NCBI GenBank assembly: GCA_002269645.1
Contig: NIVC01001548.1
Span: 124,001-188,000, forward strand
Length of the DNA: 64,000 nucleotides
Origin: Macrostomum lignano
Lineage: Eukaryota
Direction of reading: 5' to 3'
The translations under genes and the position numbers were made by a program. The notes beneath the pieces were generated by a model that was not told the DNA's origin, did no database searches, and saw only the letters and a list, made by a program, of their open reading frames with translations. Shown here one piece after another: positions 1 to 13,052 of the stretch (the first letter of the stretch is position 1; every line of letters starts with the position of its first letter).

Positions 1-342
1 TGGCTATGGGAGGGGTTGTAGAGCGTTGGACTCACGACTGCAAAGTCGGGGGTTCGATTCCACTGGAAAAATTTGTGTCCTGGAGCAAGACACTCAACTC
101 TGCATTTCTTCAGTTCACCCAGCTGTAAAATGGGTGCCAGCATTAGCTGGGGTAATTGAGGGTGTGTGTGGCGACCCCCCAGTCCTTGGACTGAACAGCC
201 GTACCCAGCCTTCAGATGCGCCGCGCAATAGCTGCGGCTGAGCTGTCGGTCGCAGTCAGCTCCCATCAGGACCAAACTTCTCTGGACTACTCAAGCTTGG
301 CGAGAATCAGCGCTATTGTCAAAGTAAAATTAAAGTTAAAGT
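1..342 (+). mobile_element. tRNA-derived SINE with CORE-like central domain (5' end may be clipped by window edge)
   Basis: tRNA-like head with B-box GGTTCGATTCC at ~52-62. It is followed by TGTGTCCTGGAGCAAGACACTCAAC...CAGCTGTAAAATGGG, resembling the MIR/CORE consensus TGTGACCTTGGGCAAG...CATCTGTAAAATGGG. It ends in an (AAAGTT)-type tail at ~321-342. Confidence 0.7.
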
Positions 343-2334
343 TGAAGCTTCAGCGTAGATGCTGTACTAAAGTTTCCCAAGTAAAATGACTGGAACTTTT
401 GATCTAAGATAGCTGATCTGCCGTCAGAGCAGAAAAGCAGCTTATGGCGAAAGCAGACACAGCTATGTACGCCTTTGCACTGAAATTTCACTTGCATTTC
501 TTGCTGAGCCGCTCTAAAAAAGTGATTTGCATGGCGGCACAGGGGGGGGGGCTCTGTCAACAAATTCTAGCATAAATCTTGTCTATGCATGAGGCGGAGA
601 GCACTTTCACGTATGCATAAAATATGACTCTGAGCCCCCGCCCCAGAATCTGCGCGCACTCCATCGCCACAGAAATTGAATTAGCTTAATTGCGCGCCGG
701 GAAGCTGCCCCTTCCTGAGCAGGAGAAAATTTTCTGCGAATCTTCAAGTGACCCGGGAAAAACTGCGCAGAGTTCCCGAGTGCCGGATTTACAACCCCCC
801 CCCCCCCGGTGAATGCCGATGCGGCGCTCCTGCGGCAGTCGCGCTGTCTGAGGTGACATTTTCATGGCGTGCCTCCGATCGGCTGCAGCAACAACTCTGC
901 TGCTGCTGCCGCCGGGAAATGACGAGGAGGGGCTGGAGGTCGGACCCGGGGGTCCAAGGATGAGTGACTGTCACAGATGCGGGCAGCCTGTTCCAAGTTT
1001 GTCCTAATCGAGGCGCGCTCCCCAATATACTGTTTGCGCCGGCGAAGCATTGCGAAACAGCGCCGCGGACCAAATATTAAGCAGACTGGCTGTGGCAATT
1101 AAAAACCTGCGCGGGTGGCGGCTCGGAAGTCAGTAAAAGTGCAAGAGAGATGGCAAGATCTTGCGAAGCTCCCTCTGGCGAATGACAGAAGAAAGAAGCC
1201 TATTTGAAGCCTGCACCCGCCCAATGAGGAAATTGCGCCAAATTTTCACAAATCCTTTTCAGTTTAACTTTCTGTCAATCACACCAGAAGTGGACGGGCG
1301 CGCCTCAGCTAAAGAGCGAATGGATCCCAAAGTCCCGGCTTCCTAAAATAGCTGAAAATTACCGGGGGGCATCGGAAAAGACAACTTCATCCCCGAACTG
1401 GTCTGTCTGGGAAGCTGAGGCGACAAATGTAGAAGCTTGGAATTTTCACTTTTGCAGGGATGCAGGGGAAGGTTTATACGAATATTCGATACGTACTGGA
1501 AGCTGGAAAATGAGTTTCCAGAAGCATCCCAGTCTCAGTGGAAAATCGCCCAGACTTGGCCGAATGGCTGTCTATGGCCCAAGTTCAGCACAATCCTGCA
1601 AAGCCTCCGACAAAAAAGCGGCACTGCAGAGCGTACTTTACTACTAGAGACCCACGGGAGCCGCCCAGGCCTCACTGCCCACTTACACTTGCCAGCCCTG
1701 CGACCCCTGCAGCGCCCCAGTTCTTTCAGACACCCAACCATCGAACCCGCCAAGGGCAGCAGAGCCCCCCCAACCCTCAGAAAAAGCTGCAATCGGAATT
1801 TGTTGTTTGACTTATCAGTTCCTCTCTCATCTCTCACCTCGCATTCGCATCGCTTTCACCCTTAGCCAGAACACGACCGGTCAGAGAGAGTGGGACAGCG
1901 CTGGGGCAGCGGCAGCCCCTCCCACTTGTCAGTGAATTCGCGCAGTGCAATCAGCCATTTTCCGCAGCGGGGGAAATCCAACCTTACAGGCTGCCCAGAT
2001 CCCCCTTTCCTGGAAGTTACCTGCATGCGCTTTCCTTTAATTAGCCCCCGCAGAGAGGCTTTCTCTTCCGCATGACCAGCCGGTTTTATCTCGCCTTCGG
2101 GCATCCAACCATTGCTTGCGTCACTCGCAGCTTTGACCAGATGCATTGTTTTATTTATCTATTTCCTTCGTTGATTGCGTTAAGCAGATTTTCTTCTCGG
2201 AAACTAATAGCTATGCGCCAGAATGCCTACTGACAGTAGAAATATCAACACGAGTAGCATGTATTTACAAGATGAATAGGTGAACTATACGCCATTCTCA
2301 TTAAAACCTGGGGCCGATTTTACGAGAGGTTTTC

Positions 2335-3148
2335 AGGAGAGGAGTAGGCGGCTCTCAGGAGAGGATGTGGTTCTCAGAAGAGGAGGTGGTTCTCAAGAGA
2401 GGAGTAAGTGGTTCTCAAGGAGAGGAGTAAGGTGGTTCTCAGGAGTAGGTGGTTCTCAAGAGAGGAGTAAGTGGTTCTCAAGGAGAGGAGTAAGGTGGTT
2501 CTCAGGAGTAGGTGGTTCTCAGGAGTAGGTGGTTCTCAGGAGTAGGTGGTTCTCAGGAGTAAGGTGGTTCTCAGGAGTAGGTGGTTCTCAGGTGGTTCTC
2601 AGGATTAGGTGGTTCTAAGGAGTAGGTGGTTCTCAGGAGTAAGGTGGTTCTCAGGAGTAGGTGGTTCTCAGGAGTAGGTGGTTCTCAGGTGGTTCTCAGG
2701 ATTAGGTGGTTCTAAGGAGTAGGTGGTTCTCAGGAGTAGGTGGTTCTAAGGAGTAGGTGGTTCTCAGGAGTAGGTGGTTCTCAGGAGTAGGTGGTTCTCA
2801 GGTGGTTCTCAGGAGTAGGTGGTTCTCAGGAGTAGGTGGTTCTCAGGAGTAGGTGGTTCTCAGGTGGTTCTCAGGATTAGGTGGTTCTAAGGAGTAGGTG
2901 GTTCTCAGGAGTAAGGTGGTTCTCAGGAGTAGGTGGTTCTCAGGTGGTTCTCAGGATTAGGTGGTTCTAAGGAGTAGGTGGTTCTCAGGAGTAGGTGGTT
3001 CTCTGGAGTAGGTGGTTCTCAGGTGGTTTTCAGGATTAGGTGGTTCTCAGGAGTAGGTGGTTCTCAGGAGTAGGTGGTTCTCAGGTGGTTTTCAGGATTA
3101 GGTGGTTCTAAGGAGTAGGAGGTTCTCAGGAGTAGGTGGTTCTAAGGA
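2335..3148. repeat. ~17-bp minisatellite (GGTGGTTCTCAGGAGTA)n
   Basis: Unit visible directly, about 45-50 degenerate copies. Confidence 0.95.
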
Positions 3149-3616
3149 GAGGAATATGGAATCTTAGATAAGGGAGTGAGTGTGAGTGACAGAGTGAGTT
3201 TCAGTTCTCAGGATTTAAAAAAATAAGAACGCTTAAAGGTAACCTGGCTGACAAAGCAAAAAATAGTCTGATATCGGCTGCGAGATAGCCAGTCAAATAT
3301 GCAGCTAATGCCTGAGCGACAGTCAAACAATCTATTTTAAGTGATACTCATTCGTAAGTGCATATCTACTATACTGGCATTAAGGTTACTATATATAATA
3401 ATTGAATAAAAAACTATTGCTAAAATCGTCTCTAAAGACTGTGCGATTGAAAGGCTAAGCACGCTCTTAAGAGGGGCGCGTTAGAAACAAGACAAAAGTG
3501 CGATTACTAGTACAAATCTGAGTGAGAGTCCAGAAAATAAGAGCCCAAGCTTACTACTTTTAGTATTGCTTTCAATAGTGGAATTGATAACTAAGCTCAT
3601 AAAGTTGACAATCGCC

Positions 3617-4280
3617 TACAGCAGCCACTGCCATAGAAGTACACTCGACCATAGACGAAGGTTTCAATTAATTTGATGATTCAATAAAATGCTGGCCTAT
3701 ACTCCTCTGCTTGAAAAGTGCAGTTCTGTGTCAGTGGCTTCATTGACCTTATAGTTTATTTCCGAGTGCACTTCTGTGCCAGTGGCTTCATTGACTTTAT
3801 TGTCTATGTCCGAGTGCACTTCTGGGTCAGTGGCTTCATTGACCTTATAGTTTATGTCCGAGTGCACTTCTGTGTCAGTGGCTTTATTGACTTTATTGTC
3901 TATGTCCGAGTTCACTTCTGTGTCAGTGGCTTCATTGACCTTATAGTTTATGGCCGAGTGCACTTCTGTGTCAGTGCATGGCTTCATTGTCTTTATTGTC
4001 TATGGCCGAGTTCACTTCTGTGTCAGTGGCTTCATTGACTTCATTGTCTATGGCCGAGTGCACTTCTGTGTCAGTGGCTTCATTGACTTCATTGTCTATG
4101 GCCGAGTGCACTTCTGTGTCAGTGGCTTCATTGACTTCATTGTCTATGGCCGAGTGCACTTCTGTGTCAGTGGCTTCATTGACTTTATTGTCTATGGCCG
4201 AGTTCACTTCTGTGTCAGTGGCTTCATTGACTTCATTGTCCATGGCCGAGTGCACTTCTATGGCAGTGGCGGCTGCTGTA
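3617..4280. mobile_element. Foldback/MITE-like element: ~40-bp inverted termini enclosing a 48-bp minisatellite
   Basis: 3617-3656 TACAGCAGCCACTGCCATAGAAGTACACTCGACCATAGAC is the near reverse complement of 4238-4280. The interior (3715-4262) is ~11 copies of a 48-bp unit (GGCCGAGTGCACTTCTGTGTCAGTGGCTTCATTGACTTCATTGTCTAT). Confidence 0.6.
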
Positions 4281-5351
4281 GCAGATTGAGATTTTCGACC
4301 TTATCGGCTTACTAGTCAGTTTGGTCAAATTATAAAACATATTCTGCTTATGAACTAAACATACTGCCTTTAGTAGGTAGGACAGTTACCCAAACTGTCT
4401 GAACTGCGGAAATTTCTGGAATCTTACTAAAAATTAGGTAATATAATCATGCACTAAAAGTAACTAATAACTAATAAAATAATCTACACAATATCAGAGT
4501 TACTATATAAGCTAAACGAAGAAGTGAGCGCTAGGGTCAAGCAGTACATTTAGTAAGAGCATATCTATAGACAAAGCACGGTATACTGGGTGCAAGTGAG
4601 GGATGCGAACACAGGATTTCATTAGGTGTCACTAAGACATTTGCGCAGACAACCGCATTGGAGCAGATAAATTTCAGCAGAACAGAAGCAAAGATTGGTA
4701 TAAAAAAAGATTATAGCGACCAAGAGTGGGCGAAGTCTCCCTCCTACGCGCCTCAAGCTCTCTCAATAGTTTCTCCTGAGCAGAGAGAAAAGCAACAGAA
4801 ACGAAACGAAGGTACTTTTAGGACAAAACTTATCAATGCAAAAGAGCTCTGTAAGAAACCAAACCACAGTCTGCAAAGGATCAATGACTCTATGGCAGAT
4901 CTACCCATGTACTTTGCTTCCAGTAGGGATCGAGTTTGGCTTTCGACCATAGACATTATGACTTCCATCATGCGAGCCAGTTGTCTATGGTAATTAATAT
5001 CCGTGGCGTTAAACAGAGTAACAGAGACAGAATTGTTACCTTTAAAATTGAATTGAAGAGGTGCGCTGGCGGCAAGAGTGCAAATGGTGGTGTCTGCAGG
5101 CAGGCCACATAACCTAGGAGTCGAATGGTGTGTAAATAATTGATGCCAATGTTAATGCTATTATTAGTCCAACCGTTGTGTTTTGATTGAAAAAATTTAA
5201 AAAGGCACAAACAGAATTGGAAGTAATTAGTATCCAGCAGTTAATAATAATAATTGCTATTGCATATGTCTAATCAGTCCCATAGCGGAGCTCTCGCTGG
5301 AATGCTTCCCGGGAGGAATCCTCGGGGGCAGAGACGGATGGGGGCGGCGCG

Positions 5352-5765
5352 TCACTTTTTCGGCTCGGCGACAGCAACTTCAGCGGCGGCCTCACCGGCC
5401 GCATCCTCATACTGGCGGCGCAGCTGCTGGCGCTGGGCCTCATCCTTCACGTACCAATAGTCGGTGAAGCGGCACAGCTGCACTAACTGGGCTGTGTCGT
5501 TGGTGAAGTGGCAGGCGAACAGCAGCATGTTGCGCGGCTGCACGCGCCAGGCGAAACGCATGAAAGCCATGGAGTAGAAAAACAGCGCTGTGGTCATCTT
5601 GCCGCTGATCATCTCCGGGTTCTTCTTGACGTCGGCGAGGGCGGCCAAAGGCAGGCCCCAGTTGGCCACCGGGCCCCAGAAGTGGGTGCTGCACAGGTAG
5701 CTGCGAAACTCCTTGCTAGCCAGGTAGCGCAGGCCCCGGGTGAACAGATTGCCGCCGGCTGACAT
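5352..5765 (-). CDS. MPC1: Mitochondrial pyruvate carrier 1 (intronless, 137 aa)
   Basis: [23 protein letters not shown]...[34 protein letters not shown] is the MPC1/BRP44L signature. ATG at 5765 (MSAGG...), TGA at 5352. An upstream TTGCAG acceptor is present. Confidence 0.95.
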   Translation of the reverse strand: MSAGGNLFTRGLRYLASKEFRSYLCSTHFWGPVANWGLPLAALADVKKNPEMISGKMTTALFFYSMAFMRFAWRVQPRNMLLFACHFTNDTAQLVQLCRFTDYWYVKDEAQRQQLRRQYEDAAGEAAAEVAVAEPKK

Positions 5766-5844
5766 TCTGCTGTGGCCGCTGCTGCTGCTGCTGCAATTCA
5801 ACAGTTGGAGGGTTCGAGCCTTGAGCTATCTGTTGATTGGTTGG

Positions 5845-6345
5845 TGTGAGCACGAATTTGAGTCTGAGCACGAGTTTAAGTCTGAGCATGAGTTTGAGCC
5901 TGAGTCTGAGTATGAGTTTAAGTCTGAGTCTGAGTATGAGTTTGGGTCTGAGTCTGAGTAAGTTTCAGCATGAGTTTAAGTCTGAGCATGAGTTTGAGTC
6001 TGAGCATGAGTTTGAGTTTGAGTATGAGTAAGTTTCAGCATGAGTTTAAGTCTGAGCATGAGTTTGAGTCTGAGCATGAGTTTGAGCATGAGTTTGAATC
6101 TGAGCATGAGTTTGAGTTTGAGTCTGAGTTATGAGTTTAAGCCTGAGTCTGAGTATGAGTTTAAGTCTGAGTCTGAGCATGAATTTGAGTCTGAGTCTGA
6201 GCATGAGTTTGAGTCTGAGTTTAAGTCTGAGTCTGAGCATGAGTTTGAGTCTGAGTTTGAGTCTGAGCATGAGTTTAAGACTAAGCACGATTTTGAATAA
6301 CAGACTGAGCACGAGTTTGATTCTGAGCACGATTTCAGTCCTAGC
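5845..6345. repeat. Hexamer-based degenerate tandem array (GAGTCT/GAGCAT/GAGTTT)n upstream of MPC1
   Basis: Visible directly. It produces the spurious SLSLSM/EFESEH ORFs. Confidence 0.9.
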
Positions 6346-7642
6346 CAGATCAATAAAATTCCACTGAAAGCTAAATTAATCCTTCAACCTTTTCGTTCCA
6401 CTGACACCTAACTACAGGTAAATGTACACACGCTTACTTCCAGTAGTAGTAAGTGTGTGCACATGGCATTGCAAAAGACAAATTTTAAAGTATAAGTCCT
6501 CCTCATACGCACAAACCCTGTCGCACTCAGATTTGATTTTTTTCAACAAAGATAGCTCAAAGCAAACAGACTCGGCTGTTTCATGATCATTCGATCGCGA
6601 GTGCACACCGGGGTTTCTCGGGGCTGCCACTATAGATAAAGTCTACTATAGAATAGAATAGATAAACTTTGTCCTGCCTTGCTGAACAGCAAAAACAATA
6701 TAAGCAATATTCATAAGCTGTAGGACGCTATCTACAAAGGGTTTAAAGTTTATTAGCTATCTAGAATAGCTCGAGGACGTCCGGCCCTTCTTTCGTGTGG
6801 CTGGTAATGTTAATAAAACTCCAAACTGCTAGACCCTTGGCGCTAAGCCTACTCGTGACTCTATTTTCATTCATTTTTGTCGTTGCTTTCTTTGGGAAAA
6901 ATTGGCGTCGATTTGGGGCTGAAAGCAACAAATCTCTCTTGTAATACATAGGAGAAGGCCACATTCCAAGTTCCTAATAGAAAGCTTTTAGCAGCAAAAA
7001 CCAAGAAGACAAGTGTAGAACAATTTAAATCTTCAGTCTTCATATTCAGAAATATGAAAGCAGCAAGACAGAGCAGCAGGTGAGCACACACGGCATTCAG
7101 CGATTGCGCGCACATGCTCAACTGGTGCAAACACAAGCGAGCGCACGCATTGGAGCGGAGCACCCGGGGGTGAGGCGGTGAGGGGGGGCCTCCAAAACTC
7201 AGTCTGCAGCCAGCCAGACCCAATACGGGGGTTGAATTGACAAAGGCAAAAACGCGCCCCACCTTGCGAGTAACCAACCCTCCCCCCCGTGCCGACCCAC
7301 CAGCAGCCGCCTCGTCTCCACTTCTCCGCACCCCATGCTGTCGCCAAGGTGACACAGAGCGGGAGGATTGGCTGAATCAGCTGCAATTTGAGGACCGCCC
7401 CAAACATTGCGGTCCCAAGTGGTAGAATAGGGAAAACAACCTGGAGGGGTGGGGTGGCAGAGTGGAGGTGAGGAGGGGAGGGGCCCGGTGGTTAAAGATG
7501 AGCTGCAGACGCGAGACAGATGCGATACCTCATCCGCTCCGCTATTCTCACACCAGCACAGCGGTGGCGGCAGTGACGGCACGTAAGCAGGCGGCGGGAG
7601 GCAGCGGGCAAGAAGACAGTTAAAGAGTGGCCAGCAGGCACC

Positions 7643-8377
7643 ATGGCAAGAAACTACCCAGCTGACATTGCGGCGCAGAAGAGTCTGGAAGAGCGCTACA
7701 CCAAGGAGCGGGACGCTCAACTGCACTGGTACATGGCGCGGCGTGCCAGTGGCAAAGTCGGAGGCGGAACAGAGACGCGCAGCCGACAGATGGAGGTGTT
7801 CAAGAGGAGGCTGGAGCTGGCGCCAACCATGACTGACGATCTGCGGCAAAGCGTGGAGAAGTTCAAGACGCAGAAGCACACAAAGCCAAAGCGGAACGAG
7901 AACCAGGAGGTCCTGGACGCTATCAGCAGGCTGAAGGAGTCAGACCCGTCTCTGTGCGTGGAGATGCGGCCGATATCGCCAAGGACGCGAGGCCTTCTAT
8001 ACCAGGGCTTCAGCCGAGAGGGCAGGGGCAGGTCAGTTGGCGATCGTGTGTCAATTTTTTGTTGCTAAGCAGACCGCAACTTCAGAATTCAAGATACATT
8101 GGTAGGTGTAAAAGTAATCAATAAATTGTTATTTCTTGTTTCCAGGGGCCTCTACCTCAAAGAGCGGGCCGCAAAGGCGCCGGAAGACAAGTACCAGTTC
8201 CCTATTGTGTCATCCTGGGAGTACGGCTGGAAGCTGGGCGAAGTGATCAAGGTGGCCGACATCAAGAAGCCACCGTTCGGTCGGACCCGCCTCATCAATG
8301 ACACGTTCTACACCAGGACCGGCATACCGGACAGGCAGACGCAGGGACTGCTAATCAGGTCCAAGACTGTGTTTTAG
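7643..8377 (+). CDS. SPMIP1: SPMIP1/ATP6V1FNB-family ciliary microtubule inner protein; join(7643..8031,8146..8377), 206 aa
   Basis: EMRPISPRTRGLLYQGFSREGRGR|GLYLKERAAKAPEDKYQFPIVSSWEYGW matches the family motif (..T..LLY.G.S....GR..YL..R....PE..Y.FP......YGW), recalled from memory. The GT-AG intron 8032..8145 is phase-consistent. Confidence 0.75.
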
Positions 8378-11300
8378 AGAGTCCATAAGAGCGCAACCGT
8401 AAGGCAGACACTCGCAGCACAGCTTCCCATAATCAGCACAAATCCCTGTTAAAGAAGCCACTCCGCACTGCAATTAATCTGAAAGCACAAGTATTTAGAC
8501 GCTGCAAAGTTTTCTTTGACAAAAATCTACAAAAACATATCTTCAGGCGGTGTCAGCTCAGTTTTGTACAGGCAAATAATTAAATTGATTCTAAAATTGA
8601 ATGCCAATACAGATTTGTTCTTGAAAAATGAAAGCCTATTTACGAGCGGAGATAGACCAGTGTGTTCACTACAATCACCGTTTGCTCTTTGCTGCTTCCT
8701 GAATTTTTCCCACACATGTTTGCTCTATCGCTATACCTGTCTGTTATAATTGTTTGCTTTTTCTTTTTAACTTTTGCTTTCCTAAAAAAACTGGAAAGGC
8801 CTTCGCGACTCATTCCGTCCAAATGTCCCGGCGTCGTTAGGGCAGTCAGTTTTTCCAGCTTGGCTCAGCCAGTCCGAGGCCACCGGGGCTCCCAGCGGGC
8901 TCCCGGGGTCCCCCGGACTTGACAGGGCCGGCAAAAACGCTGCAACAAGGCTGTGGAATTTGTAAATAGCCAGGTGCATCGTTGTTCCCTGTTTATTATC
9001 TGTAAGCATAGCTGCTCACGCCCGCTGCCTGCTTGTTAATATATTTACTTAACAGTTATTTTGTCCTCTGCTTTAGCTGCCTATGCTTTTATTAAATACG
9101 TAGAATTTAGTCGAATCGCCTGCAGTAGACTAACAGGTGGGAAGCCACGGCAACCGAGATTCCTAATGCAATAATCTGAAACACTGCCCCAACTCTAAAC
9201 TGTTTAAGTAGAAAAGCTGCAGATAAAATGATAGGGGCAGAACTCAACAAGCGACTCTGTGATATTAGCCAGTTGCTATCCTCAGCCATCTATCCTGCTT
9301 AACAATTACTCGCCTATTTAAACACTTGCTTGTCAAATCTCTAGAAACAACTTGAAATGCCACGCGCCCCCTATGAGCCCACTGCGGCTTCGGGCGCCAC
9401 TTGCAGTCACCACAGCGGCCTACAATTGTGTAAATTCTCAAGCCCAATTAGCATGCTAAGTTATTGCTGTACCAGCTTATATACTCAATATACTGTTTTA
9501 CAATATGCTTAATCCCACGCTTTCACTATCTGCCGACGCGAGCAGAACTCTTCTAAATCATAGTGCTGTGGCCTGTTTATACACTTGCTAGACTATTTGC
9601 CTGTAAAGCCTATATTTATATGCGCTGCAAAGCATTATTAAGAAAGTCACTAAAAAAGATTGGAAAAAATAAATAAATAAGTTTGACTCAACTCTCTCCC
9701 AGAAGAGAAATTTAAATGATTATAAGGCACAATTACGTACAAGAGAAATGCCTTTTACAAAAGTGACCTCTGAAATTGTTTTGCCTGAACTCTGCAACGA
9801 TCATAGTTGCACATGAAACTGACAGGCCAGGAGTGAACTGAGACAATCTCGCAGCCCCGCCCCGCCTACAATCAAAGCTGCGGTGTCGAACCGACGCCTC
9901 CGCTTGCCTATGGATAGCCCCGAGAGTCGCAGATAACAGACAGGCAGCGAGGGCACAGCCAGTGCAGCAGTTGCCGTGCGGCACTGCACTGCGCAGTCCT
10001 TATCGGCTGCACAGCTGCGAGAGTTCAATAGATTACGAGCATAGCAGTCGTGACTTAGCAGCGAGAGGTGAGGCTGGGGGGGGGGTCGCTAACCACTTGT
10101 TCTTCCTTATCGCGGGTATAGCAAATTTAATTAAGGCAATGGGGGAGCGAGTAATTGAAGCACGGGCCGGCGAGCAACTCAAAAAGTTGCATTTACTGCT
10201 CCGCAAATATTCGAAGCGGTTGAGAGCAGTTCAGAGCCCCGAGCTGAACAAACTTGAAACTATTAGCAACAACACGCTAAAAAGGCCTTCGGGGTTAATT
10301 CTCTCCAATCATAAAAGGCAACCGCAACAGACACAGAGAGGCAATAATTCCTCATTGGGGCAGTGGCATAACAGGTCCCCGGTCCCAGGGGGGACTGCGG
10401 GCTTCAATGCGGGCTCCCCTCCACCTGTGTGCGCGCGAGCGCGGCTTTTTTATGCGCTGGTGATGTAGCGAAAAATTTATTGGCGCGAAATTAATTGAAG
10501 TTATGCATTTACACGGCCTCATCAGCAGGGGGAAGCAAACTGAGGGGAAACAGAAGGCACCACCAGCAGCACCTGAGCTGAGTTCCAGGCTAAACTTCAG
10601 CCCGCAGCAACCCGAAAACCGCTCAGCATCCCCCTAACAGGAGCAAATAACGCTAGCAAGCGATTCAGAGCGCCTATGTAAGCAGAGTTTAGCCTTAGAG
10701 CTTCAACGCAAAGCGAGTAGAGCCTAGGAGACCGCGAGAGGAGAGAACGGTGAAGCGGAGGGGGATGACTCAAGTCAACATGCAGGGCAGGCACACAGGC
10801 CACACAGTCCGCGCACACAGAGAGAAGACATTAAAAAGGCTCCAAACGTGAATTGTTCGCTGAGTATAATGCATGCGCGAGGCCGCGTATGCCAGGCCCA
10901 ACTGAGACCGGAATGGAACGGAGAGGAGGAAAGGCCCACGGGTGATGAGGCTACAGGCCTTCCCAGCCTCCCCTCACAGTCGCTCTGACAACAGCAGCGA
11001 CTCAAACCCGGGCTCTCACCCATCACACAGGCACACACACAGAATACACAAAGGAAGGCCAGCTGCGAGTACGTATATAGGAAAACTCCTAGGACCCACT
11101 CTGTCTCTCTTTGCAGCGCCCCATCTCCTCATCCTCTCCGACCGCTTGCTGACAGCCCCCACCCCCTCGTCCATTGTGTGGGAGAGCTCCCTCGGCTAGC
11201 AGCACATTGGCACACAGCTGGTTCACGGGCACGCAGGGCGATAAGGCCAGGTGAAGAATGAGAAAAGCGCCAGCCCTACCGGCTGAATAAAGGAAACTGA

Positions 11301-12624
11301 GGGCAGGACTGCATGGCAGACAAAGCGAACGAGAAGGCGGGACAGGAGGGCAGCAGTAAGGAGTTTTAGGGGAGAAGACTGAGCCGGTCAGCCCCCGGCA
11401 AGACGAGGGAGCTTGGCTGAGTGCATTGTGTGGGAAGGAAGTTTAAGAATCAGGAGACCGGGAGAACGGGAGGCCATAGCCATGGAGACAAGAAGCTGGC
11501 AGTATAAAGCTACAACTATTGCAATATTATCAAGTATATACTTGCAATGCAGATTTAAGCACGCAGCAATAAAACAATGGCGAGAGCACGCAAACAGTCG
11601 ATGGGAGCTGCGCTAAGGAAGTGAAGGACTGAAAGAGAGCGGGACCGTGCTTTTAAAAAAAGAGAGAATGAGAGGTCATCAAAAGCTGCACAATTGATGA
11701 GAGTAGAAAATTCATAATGGCAAATAATTGATAAAATAATATATAACTAAGACAATAGGCCTATTGTTTATAGTGGCACGAAGCAGCGCAGCTTCCAGCA
11801 TCCCCGGCTGTTTTCGTCATCAGATCTTGCTTCTCTCTCGCTATTGTCTGGAAATAGACGCGCATCCCAAAGCCTAGCCCATCGGCACGAGAACAGGCAC
11901 TGGAGATGAACCGCCCAAGTATTTCACTTCTCATTCAATTTGCCCAGCTTATCGACCGAAATCTCGCGACAGGCCTCCCAGCTTCATCAGCAGTTTGCAG
12001 GGAGAAATCCGTCTCAACAACCGCGCCGCGCCCTCCCTCCTCGGCGCCTTCCAAATGAAAAATTCAAAAGGGCCGAAGCAGACGGGGAGGTCCCTGCCCA
12101 GAAATCAATAGCTACCAACAATGGGAGACTTGCAATGCGATGAAGGGCCAACAGAAGGTTGAAAGGCAGCTCCCATTACTGACGGTAAAGTTAAACGTTG
12201 TGAGACAATGAGACCATCGCAGAACGCCAACAGGAGACACAAGCCAGGCACGGATGCAGATTAGGCAGTGCGCATAGCAACAACGGCCATCAACAAGTGA
12301 AAGCTCACCTGCATGATAATTAGACAGGCAAAAACGGTGTTAAGTTTCAGCCCATCACTGTGCTATCCGCACCCCCCCAGGCCGGATACAATTTACAAAC
12401 CAAAAGCACGCGGGACCCCAATAGCACCATCAGCAACGCAGCAATTGGAAAGTTGGCAAAGCATTTTCTTTTTTTACTGCGGCAATTCGACCCTGCGGCA
12501 GGACGGCGGGTTGGAGCGGCTGGAGAGCAACAGCCCTGCTCGAGTCAGATAGATCATGGCGCTATAAATAACTGCAGCTCCACTTGCATTCATTATACAA
12601 TAGAAGCGACATAAAGATTATATA

Positions 12625-13052
12625 CGAGGGGTGTCCCAGAAGTAGTGTCACTTTTGCTTGCTTCCACAAGTATTAATGTGTGATAAAAAATCATATACCT
12701 TAAAAGGTAGCGGCTTATTTTAGCTTTCATGCCACGAAAGTCCGATTTTTATAAGTGCTTCCTGCTGTAAGCAGCATGTATTTTTTCGAATACCCTTGGC
12801 CAAAGTAATACACACCACATAGTGCTTCATGCTCACTCAGAAGAAAGCCACAAGCAGAGCTGATTAAGCACAGAGTTGCAAGACAGCAGCTTGCAAGATT
12901 TGTTCCAGTCATGGACCCTAACTTATAAAAATCGGACTTTCGTGGCATGAAAGCTAAAATAAGCCGCTACCTTATAAGGCATATGATTTTTTATCACACA
13001 TTAATACTTGTGGAAGCAAGCAGAAGTGACACTACTTCTGGGACACCCCTCG
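12625..13052. mobile_element. Tc1/mariner-type MITE (~130-bp TIRs, TA target duplication)
   Basis: TA|CGAGGGGTGTCCCAGAAGTAGTGTCAC... and ...GTGACACTACTTCTGGGACACCCCTCG|TA. Arms 12625-12757 and ~12922-13052 are near-perfect inverted repeats. TACGAGGG ends are typical of mariner. Confidence 0.9.

Noticed and set aside
1-75. Possible tRNA gene (also 62452-62525 and 36135-36200)
   Set aside because: A/B boxes are present, but I cannot fold a complete cloverleaf with an acceptor stem. Two of the three continue into SINE-like bodies and tails; the 36135 fragment is too decayed to be a functional tRNA.
1437-1865. 142-aa ORF and neighbouring GC-rich segments at 750-2150
   Set aside because: No recognisable motif, and I could not link it by phase-consistent splice sites to any gene.
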